A stretch of 64,000 nt of DNA from Pseudomonadota bacterium. GTDB taxonomy: Bacteria > Pseudomonadota > Gammaproteobacteria > Burkholderiales > Burkholderiaceae_D. Shown one piece after another: positions 37,593-47,100 of this stretch (the first letter of the stretch is position 1; every line of letters starts with the position of its first letter). The stretch covers positions 17,476 through 81,475 of the forward strand of contig JAFAGG010000004.1 of assembly GCA_023422955.1 (NCBI GenBank). Direction: 5' to 3'. Position numbers and translations under genes: made by a program. The notes below the pieces were generated by a model. That model was not told the DNA's origin, made no database searches, and saw only the letters and a list, made by a program, of their open reading frames with translations.

Positions 37593-38990
37593 TTGACCGA
37601 TCATTCCCGCCGGGCGTCGCTGTCCGACCTTCTGATTACCGAAACGGTACGCATCGTGGAAGAAAGGCAACCTCTGTCCGACGAGGCGGCAATGCGGCGC
37701 GCATTCGAGCAACGCCAGGGACGGCAGGAGCGCTTGCTGGAACGGGCAAAAATCCTGGGCAACACTTTGCATTTGCCGGCCGAATTGCAGCGCTGGAAAT
37801 CCCTGATGCGTTACACCGGCCTGGCACTGGCCGTGCTGGCGATAGTATTGGGCGCCGGCATTGCCGCTTCCGTCACGGGCAATGACAGGACGCTCAATGC
37901 TCCCTATGCATTGCTGCTGGCGCTGGGTCCGCATCTGCTTGCCCTACTGCTATGGTTATTCACCCTGTGGCGCAGCGACCTGGCCGAGGGAAGTTCCATA
38001 GGCAGCATGATGCTGCGCGCCGCCGCCCGGCTACCGATTCGCCGCGGCCCGCATTTCTGGACCGTGCCGGATGCCGCCGTTTCGCTGTATGCCCGCAACC
38101 GCCTGCTGCCCTGGCTGGCCGGCATAAGTAGCCATGCATTCTGGAGCCTGGGCTTGCTGGTTGTTCTGCTGGCGCTGGGGCTGTCCTTTTCATTTCAGTC
38201 CTACCGCCTGACCTGGGAAACCACCATCCTGCCGGCCGATTTCTTTGTCGGCTTTGTACAAATCAGCGGCTGGCTGCCGCATCAACTTGGCTTTCCCTTG
38301 CCAGACTCCGCCACCCTGCTGACACCCGCTTCACCCACGAGCGACCACCGCGCCTGGGCCTGGTGGCTGATAGGCTGCATTGCCGTGTACGGTTTTCTGC
38401 CTCGCATTGCGCTCACGCTGTTGAGCTGGGCCGTATGGCGTCATCGCACGAAACAGATGACGCTGGACTTGGCGCATCCCTATTTCGCCAAGCTGCTGGC
38501 GCGCTTTAATGACATGGAACCGTCGGCCGTCATCGACCTGGAGAAGAAACCGGCCCAGATCGATGCGCCGCTGACGCGCGCGCCCGTTGCCGGCGAAGCG
38601 CCGACCCTGGCCATCATAGGCTTCGAGTTGCCGGAAGAAATATCGTGGCCGCCGAAAAAACTTCCGCGCAATGCCCAACTGACGGAATGCATCGCCGGCA
38701 GCAACCAGGAGCGCCGCACCATGCTGGATAAGCTGGCGCAACATCGCCCGCACCGCTTGCTGTTTGTCTGCCATCGCCTGTCGACACCGGATCGCGGCAC
38801 CGCACATTTCTTGCGCGAAGCGGCATCGCATAGCGTGCATTGCGCGCTGCTGTTATTGCCGGTCAATGACGACGACGCGCCCGCACCGCAGCGCTGGACC
38901 GATTGGCTGAGCGACATGGGCATGGAAGCGATGCCCTGTTTTACACACATGGATGACGTCAACCAGTGGAGGGAAGGCAGCCATGACTGA
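37593..38990 (+). CDS. Polytopic membrane protein of unknown function (DUF2868-like)
   Basis: 465 aa with several long hydrophobic segments. TTG start with an AAGGA SD. The family assignment is from memory. Confidence 0.7.
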   Translation: MTDHSRRASLSDLLITETVRIVEERQPLSDEAAMRRAFEQRQGRQERLLERAKILGNTLHLPAELQRWKSLMRYTGLALAVLAIVLGAGIAASVTGNDRTLNAPYALLLALGPHLLALLLWLFTLWRSDLAEGSSIGSMMLRAAARLPIRRGPHFWTVPDAAVSLYARNRLLPWLAGISSHAFWSLGLLVVLLALGLSFSFQSYRLTWETTILPADFFVGFVQISGWLPHQLGFPLPDSATLLTPASPTSDHRAWAWWLIGCIAVYGFLPRIALTLLSWAVWRHRTKQMTLDLAHPYFAKLLARFNDMEPSAVIDLEKKPAQIDAPLTRAPVAGEAPTLAIIGFELPEEISWPPKKLPRNAQLTECIAGSNQERRTMLDKLAQHRPHRLLFVCHRLSTPDRGTAHFLREAASHSVHCALLLLPVNDDDAPAPQRWTDWLSDMGMEAMPCFTHMDDVNQWREGSHD

Positions 38991-40359
38991 AGCGATTCAT
39001 CTTGCCGTCGTCGGCCATACCAATGCCGGCAAGACTTCCCTGCTGCGTTCGCTCACCCGTCACCCGAACTTTGGCGAAGTGTCGGACCGGCCCGGCACCA
39101 CCCGCCATGTCGAAGCCATCGACCTGAAGGTGGATGAAGAAAGCCTGGTGCGTTTTTACGATACGCCAGGCCTGGAAGATTCGGCAGCGCTGATCGACTG
39201 CCTCAAGGCGCAGCAGGATTTCGCCACGCCGCCCGAACGCATACGCGCATTTCTCGACAGCGCGGAAGCGCAGCAGCGCTTCGAGCAGGAAGCCAAGGTA
39301 TTGCGCAAGATGCTGGATGTCGATGCGGCGATGTATGTGATCGATACCCGCGAGCCGGATCTGCCCAAGTTCCGCTACGAGATTGAAATATTGACCTGGT
39401 GCGGCAAGCCCATCATGCCGGTACTGAATTTCGTGCGCGCGCCCAACAGCCGCAAGGACCAATGGCTGGCCATGCTGGCCGCCTACAACCTGCATACCTA
39501 TGTCGAGTTCGATGCGGTCGCGCCTTTCGTCGGTTCCGAGATCCGCCTGTTTTCGGATCTGATGGTCTTGTTGCGGCGCCGGGAAGCGCAACTGCGGCGC
39601 GTGGTTGACGATCTGGAAGCCCAGGGCCGGCAACGGCAAATCGCCGCCTCCCGCTCAGTTGCAGAAACCCTGCTCAGCCTGGCGGCCCTGCGGCGCAGCA
39701 TAGCCCGGCCCGATTACGACATCGCCGCCAAGAAGGAAAACTTCATCCGCAGCTTCCAGGCGGAGGTAGCGGACCGGGTAAGAAACTGCATCGATGATTT
39801 GCTCGTCATTTACGGTTTCCGCCAGGATGAAGCCGACACCGCGGTACTGCCATGGCTGAGCGGCCAATGGGAAAACCTGCTGTTCGATCCCGAGTTGCTG
39901 CGTGACGCCGCCAAGCGGCTGGGCAGCGGCGCTGCAGTGGGCATGGCGGTGGGCTTGATGGCAGATATCGCCTTTGCGGGCCTCACGCTGGGTACCGGCA
40001 CGGCGCTGGGTGCGACCCTGGGAGGACTGGGCAATCAGAACTGGCGGCAGCTTGCCCGCAAGGCGTATACCAGGGCCTTGGGCACCGAGGAGATGGTGCT
40101 GCAAAATGAAGTGCTGCTCCTGACGGCGGAACGCCTGCTTGCGCTGGTGAGTGCGCTTGAACAGCGGGGCCATGCGGCGCAGACCCGCATCTCGCTCGAC
40201 CCGGAAACCGGGCAGGACAGGCGCGGCAAGTACCGCGATCTATTGCGCATATTGCAAGCCGCCCGTCTCCATCCCGACTGGGAAAAGCCTGGCGATCTGC
40301 AACGGACACGCGTGATGGAACAGGCGGCAGAGACTGCCCGCCAACTGCTTTCCGCCTGA
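38983..40359 (+). CDS. Atypical membrane-associated P-loop GTPase (GTPase/DUF3482-like)
   Basis: G1 GHTNAGKTS, G2 GTTRH, G3 DTPGL, and a Gly-zipper hydrophobic hairpin near residue 340. There is an 8-nt overlap with the upstream gene. Confidence 0.75.
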   Translation: MTEAIHLAVVGHTNAGKTSLLRSLTRHPNFGEVSDRPGTTRHVEAIDLKVDEESLVRFYDTPGLEDSAALIDCLKAQQDFATPPERIRAFLDSAEAQQRFEQEAKVLRKMLDVDAAMYVIDTREPDLPKFRYEIEILTWCGKPIMPVLNFVRAPNSRKDQWLAMLAAYNLHTYVEFDAVAPFVGSEIRLFSDLMVLLRRREAQLRRVVDDLEAQGRQRQIAASRSVAETLLSLAALRRSIARPDYDIAAKKENFIRSFQAEVADRVRNCIDDLLVIYGFRQDEADTAVLPWLSGQWENLLFDPELLRDAAKRLGSGAAVGMAVGLMADIAFAGLTLGTGTALGATLGGLGNQNWRQLARKAYTRALGTEEMVLQNEVLLLTAERLLALVSALEQRGHAAQTRISLDPETGQDRRGKYRDLLRILQAARLHPDWEKPGDLQRTRVMEQAAETARQLLSA

Positions 40360-40407
40360 CAGGAAGGGCCCGGGAAGGCATCTCCTTTTATCAGCCCTCC
40401 GTCAGGA

Positions 40408-40421
40408 TTGATAAATATCAA
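40408..40421. promoter_or_regulatory. Perfect FNR/Anr box TTGATaaatATCAA upstream of the CHASE kinase gene
   Basis: Exact consensus, centred about 100 nt upstream of ATG 40514. Confidence 0.7.
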
Positions 40422-40513
40422 TGATTCTCCACTCCCCATTAGGAGTTTCATAGTGGCAACTTTTATGCATGTTTAATACAATGCGCGCAGCTCATGAATC
40501 ATGACTAAAAAGT

Positions 40514-42850
40514 ATGCCCCCACTCCCGCCCCTGCTCAGGCCTTCTTCTTCCCTCCGAACCAGGGTGCTTGGCGTGCTGTTGTGCGGGCTCCTGCTTACC
40601 CTGCTGGCTTTCGGCGTGGTGCGGCACATGCAACTGGAGAAGCTGGACAAGTCCTTTGAACAGTATGCCTCGCTCCAGACTGCCGACCTGCGCCTCAGCC
40701 TTAACAGCATGCTGGACCAGCTGCGCCAGACGCGCGACCTTCTCTCCGAGGCGGAGCCGCTGCAGGAAAGCGTATTTTCGCTGGTTGCGCATCATCTTCT
40801 GAACCATCATTATTTTGCCCAGCATGTGGCATTTCGCCGCATCGTCCCCGATGCCGACCGGCACGCGTACGAGCAATCCATGCAGCGGCACATTCCCGGC
40901 TTTCGCATTACCGACCTGGTCGATGGCCGGCATGTGCCCGCAGCCGCCCGCTCCTCCTACCACGTGATCGAATACATTGCTCCGGCCGAGACCGGCATTT
41001 TCATCCGCGGCCTGGATGCGATCTCGCTGGATGCAGAGGACGACGCCATCTTCCGCGCCATGAGCACAGGACTTCCCGCAGCGACCGCACTGTATCCCGC
41101 CGATGAGGTCAAGCTTCCCACGCATCAAAACAGTATCACACTCATCCTGCCCGTTTACCGCGACAATTTCTTCACTGACGATTCCCTGCACCAATTCCCG
41201 GCCCAGACAGGGGAAATCGCGCTGACGCTGAACGTGACGGGCCTGTTCCGCGAGCTGATCGGCATCTCTCCGATGTTTCCGCTGGACGATATCGGCATCG
41301 AGATTTTTGCCGGCAGTGCTGAGCAGCGATCTGCTTCAGTACTGAAATACGGATCGGTTGCTTCCTCAACCGGCAACGCCTCATCCTTTGTCTACCGCCT
41401 GCTCTTCGACCAGCCGCAGACAGTCGCCCAGATACTGTGGCTGGGCGGTCAGCCATGGCATGTCGAAGTATCGCGCCGCCCGCTGCTTTTTGTTCATGGC
41501 CATGCCGCTTCCCTCTTCATTCTGCTGGGCGGCATGCTGCTGACGGCACTCGTCGCTTTCTACGTTTTCCGCAGTACTCGCTATACCCAGCAGGTTGAAC
41601 AGCTGATTGTGCAGCGCACCTCCGCCCTGGAGCGCAGCAATCGCCGGCTCCGCAAGCACATCGAAAGGCGCAAGGCCCTCAAGAGGGATCTGCAGGAAAG
41701 CCAGCATCGCTTCCGCCACCTGACCGACATTTCTGCAGACTGGTACTGGGAAACCGATGCCGAACATCGCTTCACCATGGGCATGGACAAGGAAGGTTTG
41801 TGGGCGAAATACATGATCGGAAAGCGGATGTGGGATTTTTCGCATATCGATCTGACCGAGGCGGAGTGGGAGGAGCATCGCCGCAAGCGCCTGTTGCATC
41901 AGCCGGTGACGGACTTCGAATATCGCGTCCGCTTCCCCGACGGCAATGACCGCTGGTTCTGCACCAATGCCGAACCCTTCTGGGACCGAAGCGGACAATT
42001 CTGCGGCTACCGCGGTTCCAGCCGGGACATTACCGCTCACAAGAAGGCATCACTCGCCCTGAAAAAATCCGAGGAAAGCATCCGCAGACTGCTGATCCAC
42101 AAGGAACGCGTGCGTGAAGAAGAACGCAAGCGCATCGCGCGGGAAATCCACGACGACCTGGGGCAATACCTGCTGGTCATGCGCTATGACATCACTGCCC
42201 TGCTGAACAATACCGTCGCACCGGATGAGCACCTGCTCCAGCTGGCCGACAAGCTCGATTCCAGCACCCGCTCGCTGCGACGCATCATCAACAACTTGCG
42301 CCCTCCGGTACTTGATCACGGGCTGCTGGCCGCGCTGGAATGGCAATGCGGCCAGTTCCAGAAACAGCATGCGATCCCGTGCCACCTGTCATGGGAAACC
42401 GATCTCGACGTGATGGAAGAAGCCGCCTCCATTACCCTATTCCGCATCACGCAGGAATCGCTGAGCAACGTTGCCCGCCACGCCGAAGCCAGCGAAGTCC
42501 GCATCAGGATATGGACAGAGCAAGGCAATCTCCATCTTCAGGTCAGCGACAATGGCAAGGGCGTATCCACGCAGAATCTCAGCAAGCCCGAATCGTTCGG
42601 CGTCATGGGCATGAAGGAAAGAGCGAGGACATTGGGTGGCACTCTGAGCTTTCACAGCATTCCCGGTCAAGGCTCGACCTTGTCGGTATCGTTACCGCTA
42701 AACCTGAAAAAGACGCCACTCTCTTTCGCTCAGGTATCAAGAGAGGCCGAGCCAGGACTCGGAAAAAACGAGTTTCTTCTTTCCGCGCCGGATCGCACTC
42801 CACAAGAATCCGCGCTCACTTTTCCCGAAAATAAAAATATTGCATCCTAG
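40514..42850 (+). CDS. CHASE - PAS - HisKA_3 - HATPase sensor histidine kinase (NarX/LiaS-type), no adjacent response regulator
   Basis: Periplasmic CHASE-like region (YHVIEYIAPAE...GLD), PAS domain, H-box ERKRIAREIHDDLGQ, ATPase N/G boxes. Confidence 0.85.
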   Translation: MPPLPPLLRPSSSLRTRVLGVLLCGLLLTLLAFGVVRHMQLEKLDKSFEQYASLQTADLRLSLNSMLDQLRQTRDLLSEAEPLQESVFSLVAHHLLNHHYFAQHVAFRRIVPDADRHAYEQSMQRHIPGFRITDLVDGRHVPAAARSSYHVIEYIAPAETGIFIRGLDAISLDAEDDAIFRAMSTGLPAATALYPADEVKLPTHQNSITLILPVYRDNFFTDDSLHQFPAQTGEIALTLNVTGLFRELIGISPMFPLDDIGIEIFAGSAEQRSASVLKYGSVASSTGNASSFVYRLLFDQPQTVAQILWLGGQPWHVEVSRRPLLFVHGHAASLFILLGGMLLTALVAFYVFRSTRYTQQVEQLIVQRTSALERSNRRLRKHIERRKALKRDLQESQHRFRHLTDISADWYWETDAEHRFTMGMDKEGLWAKYMIGKRMWDFSHIDLTEAEWEEHRRKRLLHQPVTDFEYRVRFPDGNDRWFCTNAEPFWDRSGQFCGYRGSSRDITAHKKASLALKKSEESIRRLLIHKERVREEERKRIAREIHDDLGQYLLVMRYDITALLNNTVAPDEHLLQLADKLDSSTRSLRRIINNLRPPVLDHGLLAALEWQCGQFQKQHAIPCHLSWETDLDVMEEAASITLFRITQESLSNVARHAEASEVRIRIWTEQGNLHLQVSDNGKGVSTQNLSKPESFGVMGMKERARTLGGTLSFHSIPGQGSTLSVSLPLNLKKTPLSFAQVSREAEPGLGKNEFLLSAPDRTPQESALTFPENKNIAS

Positions 42851-42988
42851 TTCGCGGCAAGCCGGCGGGATGAGGCTTCCCTTCTCGTAGCGACATTCGA
42901 TATCGGCGGTATCACGCGATCTTTTCCGCGCTGATGCCAGCGCGGGCGGCAGTGCCACTGTCAGCACAGCAAGCATCCCCAGTTTCAC
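42737..42988 (-). CDS. Possible small secreted Cys-containing protein, convergent with and overlapping the kinase 3' end
   Basis: GTG start preceded by a strong GGAGG SD 7 nt upstream. The N-terminus MKLGMLAVLTVALPPALASA looks like a signal peptide. No homology recognised. Confidence 0.3.
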   Translation of the reverse strand: MKLGMLAVLTVALPPALASARKRSRDTADIECRYEKGSLIPPACRELGCNIFIFGKSERGFLWSAIRRGKKKLVFSESWLGLS

Positions 42989-43152
42989 GATATGCCTCCT
43001 CTCTCATGCTTACTGAAAACACCGAACGAGACTCTAACTTGACCGGAGGAACTGTCGCAATGACAGGCAGGTGATGCAAGAACAGGCGCAGCATTCGAAC
43101 CGCAAGACCGGCGAAGAGGAAAGGCAAGAAATCGAGAAGAATGACAGGCAAT

Positions 43153-43178
43153 AAAAAACCCGCCTTGCAGCGGGTTTT
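43153..43178 (-). terminator. Rho-independent terminator downstream of tRNA-Val
   Basis: AAAACCCGC-tgcaag-GCGGGTTTT followed by a T-run on the minus strand. Confidence 0.75.
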
Positions 43179-43188
43179 CTGAATTCTG

Positions 43189-43263
43189 TGGTGGACGATA
43201 CTGGGATTGAACCAGTGACCCCCGCCGTGTGAAGGCGGTGCTCTACCCCTGAGCTAACCGTCC
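43189..43263 (-). tRNA. tRNA-Val (anticodon CAC)
   Basis: The reverse complement GGACGGTTAGCTCAGGGGTAGAGCACCGCCTTCACACGGCGGGGGTCACTGGTTCAATCCCAGTATCGTCCACCA folds as a cloverleaf. It has a TTCACAC anticodon loop, a GGTTCAATCC T-arm and an encoded CCA. Confidence 0.9.
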
Positions 43264-43300
43264 GAAGTGGGGCGAATTATCGCATAAACCGGCGAGTGCA

Positions 43301-44011
43301 TCAATTTGCTTCCAGGCTGCGCCATAAGCACGTGCCCTTTGCTTCCTTGTCCAGCGTATTGAGCACCTTTTCGTGTTCGGCCAGGTCGTCGGCGCCGGCT
43401 TCCAGCACCAGGATTTCCGCCAGCGGCTCTGCTGCCGCTCCCGATCCGTTCTCTCCCGAATCGTGGTCATCCATCATGTCTATGGTCAGGCTGTTCTGGC
43501 CGCGCGTCATGGCCAGATAGACCTCGGCCAGCAATTCGGAATCCAGCAAGGCGCCATGCAGGGTGCGGTGCGCATTGGAAATTTCATAGCGGTCGCACAA
43601 GGCGTCCAGCGAATTGCGCTTGCCCGGATACATGCCCTTGGCCATCACCAGCGTATCGGTCACGCTGTGCACATGTTTGGAAAAGGATGGCAGCCCCAGG
43701 CGCTCAAGTTCCGCGTCCAGGAAACCCAGATCGAAGGGCGCGTTATGGATGATGATTTCCGCGTCTTTCACGAAGTCCAGAAATTCATCGACGATTTCAG
43801 CGAACTTGGGCTTGTCGGACAAAAATTCCGTGGTCAGGCCGTGCACCGCCAGCGCGCCTTCTTCCGAATCGCGCTCGGGATTGACGTAGCGATGGAGGTT
43901 GTTGCCGGTGAGCTGGCGGTTCAGCAATTCCACGCAGCCGATCTCGATGATGCGGTCGCCGGAACGTGCATTCAGTCCGGTGGTTTCGGTGTCGAGGATG
44001 ATTTGTCGCAT
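43301..44011 (-). CDS. dnaQ: DNA polymerase III epsilon subunit (3'-5' proofreading exonuclease)
   Basis: Exo motifs I-III: ILDTETTG, IIHNAPFDLGFL, HGALLDSELLAEVY. Confidence 0.92.
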   Translation of the reverse strand: MRQIILDTETTGLNARSGDRIIEIGCVELLNRQLTGNNLHRYVNPERDSEEGALAVHGLTTEFLSDKPKFAEIVDEFLDFVKDAEIIIHNAPFDLGFLDAELERLGLPSFSKHVHSVTDTLVMAKGMYPGKRNSLDALCDRYEISNAHRTLHGALLDSELLAEVYLAMTRGQNSLTIDMMDDHDSGENGSGAAAEPLAEILVLEAGADDLAEHEKVLNTLDKEAKGTCLWRSLEAN

Positions 44012-44035
44012 TAGTCGTAATCCGTTGAGTTTATT

Positions 44036-44132
44036 CCCTCCCCTTCAAGGGGAGGGTTAGGGTGGGGATGGGTTTTAATCATTGGCGAAAGAGACCCATC
44101 CCCCTCCCAACCTCCCCCTTGAAGGGGGAGGA
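44036..44132. repeat. Nested-palindrome intergenic repeat (REP/MITE-like), copy A
   Basis: Hairpin CCCTCCCCTTcAAGGGGAGGG, long stem GGGTGGGGATGGGT...ACCCATCCCCCTCCC, hairpin CCTCCCCCTTgAAGGGGGAGG. A 39-nt stretch matches copy B with 1 mismatch. Confidence 0.8.
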
Positions 44133-44141
44133 GTTTTCATA

Positions 44142-47100
44142 TCAATGCACAGCCGGCGCCTCTTCCAGCACCGCTTCGCGCCTTTCGCTATCGCGCTTGC
44201 GCGCCAGCATTTCATACACCGGCGGCACCACGTACAGCGTCAGTATCGTACCCAGCGATATGCCGCCCACGATCACCCAGCCGATCTGAGAACGCGACTC
44301 GGCACCCGCGCCGGAAGCCAGTGCCAGCGGCAAGGAACCCAGCACCATGGTGCCGGCCGTCATCAGGATGGGGCGCAGGCGCAGCCTGCACGATTCCATC
44401 ACCGCGTCCCGCACTGCATAGCCCTGATCGCGCAACTGGTTGGCGAATTCCACGATCAGGATGCCATGCTTGGTGATCAGGCCGATCAGCGTAATCAGGC
44501 CGATCTGGCTATAGATATTCAGCGTGCCGCCTGTGAGGTACAAGGCCAGCAACGCGCCGGCCATCGACAGCGGCACGGTCAGCATGATGATGAAGGGATC
44601 GACGAAGCTCTCGAACTGCGCAGCCAGCACCAGGTAGATAAAGGCCAGCGCCAGCAGGAAAGTCATCGTCAGGCCGCTGCTGGCGGTACGGAACTCGCGC
44701 GCTGAACCCGACAGGTCGGTGGCAAAGCCCGGTTCCAGTACCGCGCGCGCAGTGGTGTCCATGAATGTCAGCGCTTCGCCTTGCGAATAGTCGGGCGTCA
44801 GGCCGGCCGTGATAATCGCGGCACGCCTTTGCGCAAAGTGGTTGAGCTCGCGTGGTGCCACCGTTTCCGTGACCTGCACCAGGCTGGACAAGGGAATCAT
44901 GCGGTCGTCATTGCTGCGCACGAAGATGTTATTGATTTCATCGGGCGAGCCGCGGCCTTCCTTTTCTATCTGCACGATCACGTCGTACTGGTCGCTGCCA
45001 CGCTTGAAGCGCGTGACATTACGCCCGCCCAGCATGGTTTCCAGCGTGCGCGCCACGGTCTCGACCGATACGCCGGCATCAGCGGCACGATCGCGATCGA
45101 CGGTAACGGCAATTTGCGGCTTGTTCAGACGCAGATCGCTGTCGACGTTGGTGAGGCCAGGATTCTTGCTCGCTTCCGCAATGATCCTCGACACCATGAC
45201 TTCCAGCTCCTGGTAGGACGCCGTGGTCGTGACCACGAAGCTTACCGGCCGGTCACGCGACGACTGTCCCAGCGATGGCGGAGGATTGGCGAAGGCGGTC
45301 ACACCGGGAATCGCCGCCAGCCTGGGCTGCAATTCTTTTGCCAGCTCTATGGTCGTGCGTTCGCGCTCGCCCCAGGGCGTGGTGCGGAAGAACGCAATGC
45401 CGCGCTCCACCGTGGGATTGCCGGCCACCACGAACACGCGGTCGATTTCGGGAATATCGGCGACCACGTCTTCGAGCTGGCGCGCATATTTTTCGGTATA
45501 GGCCAGCGATGAACCTTCCGGCGCGGAGATCGAGGTGAAGATCATGCCGCGATCTTCAATCGGCGACAGCTCGCGCTTCATGTTCATGCCTAGCCAGAGC
45601 ATGCCGGCGATCGTGGCCAGATAAAGCAGAGCAACTGCCCAGCGCACCGACATCGCCCAGCTCAGGGTGCGGCGATAAGTTTCGGCAATGCCGTTCAGGC
45701 CGTTTTCAATCGCCATGTAGAACTTGCCATGCTTTTTCTCGTGCTTGAGCAAGACCGAGCACATCATGGGCGACAGGGTCAGCGCGACGAAACCGGATAC
45801 GATCACTGCGCCGGCCAGCGTCAGCGCGAATTCGGCGAACAGTCGTCCGGTGCGGCCCGGCGTGAAAGCCACGGGCGCGAATACCGCTGCCAGCGTCATG
45901 GTCATTGCGATCACCGCAAAACCGATTTCCTTCACACCCTTCAGTGCCGCCTGCACCGGCTTCATGCCTTCTTCGATATGGCGATAAATATTTTCCAGCA
46001 CCACGATCGCATCGTCCACCACCAGGCCGATAGCCAGCACCAGCGCCAGCAGCGTCAGCGTATTAATGGTGAAACCGGCCAGCGCCATGATGGCGAATGC
46101 GCCGATCAGCGAAACCGGAATGGTCACCAGCGGAATTATTGATGCCCGCACCGAACGCAGGAACACGAACACCATCAGCGCCACCAGGATCACCGCCTCG
46201 AAAATCGTCTGGTACACCGACTTGATCGATTCTTCGATGAACACCGTCGTGTCATTGGAGATATTGACTTCCACGCCATAAGAGGCGAGGTCTTCATTGA
46301 TCTTCGGCAGCTCGGCCTTGACGTAAGCGCCCAGCTCCAGCGGATTGGCGGTCGCCTGCCGGATGATGCCCAGCGAAACCGCCGGCTTACCGTTGAAGCG
46401 CACGCTGGAACGTTCGGAGGCAGGCGCCACTTTCACCCTTGCCACATCGCGCATGCGCACCGGATAACCCTCTACCTGGCGCACCACGATATTTTCGAAT
46501 TCTGCAACGCTGACCAGGTCGGTTTGCGACACCACCGAAAATTCGCGCTGGCTGGATTCTATGCGTCCCGCCGGCACTTCGACATTCTGCGCCCGCAAGG
46601 CATTTTCCACATCGGCGGTGGTCAGCTGATGGGCCGCCAGGCGATCCCGGTCCAGCCAGATGCGCATCGAATACTGGCGGTCGCCATTGATGCGCACATC
46701 CGCCGCGCCCGGCAGCATCTGCAGGCGCGGCTTGACCAGGCGGTTGGCGATGTCGGTAATGTCCAGCGAAGAAAGCGTGCCGCTGGAAAAGGAGAGCCAC
46801 ATTACCGGACTGGCATCGGCTTCCGTCTTGGCGATCACCGATTCGTTGACCGATTCCGGCAACTTGGAACGCACCCGCGACACGCGATCGCGCACATCGT
46901 TGGCGCCGGAATCCGGGTCTTTCTCCAGGCGGAAACGCACGGTGATCTGGCTGCGCTCGGAACGCGAAATGGAACTGAGCACATCGATGCCGTCGATCCC
47001 GGCAATCGAATCTTCCAGGATTTTGGTGACCTGGGATTCCACGACCTCCGCACTTGCACCGGGATAATCGGTGGTGACGGTGACGACAGGCTCATCGATT

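Noticed and set aside
42912-43151. 79-aa minus-strand ORF between the kinase gene and tRNA-Val.
   Set aside because: It overlaps the better-supported SD-preceded small ORF region and the tRNA terminator, and it has no SD or family resemblance.
43189-43300. tRNA-Val as a possible integration hotspot for a genomic island.
   Set aside because: There is no integrase, no direct repeat of the tRNA 3' end and no phage or mobility genes on either side. The flanking genes are housekeeping.
44062-44705. ORFs 44062..44289 and 44082..44705 beginning inside the intergenic repeat.
   Set aside because: Their N-termini are translations of the palindromic repeat (PLKGE/PLEGGG strings). The remainder is antisense to the RND permease gene.
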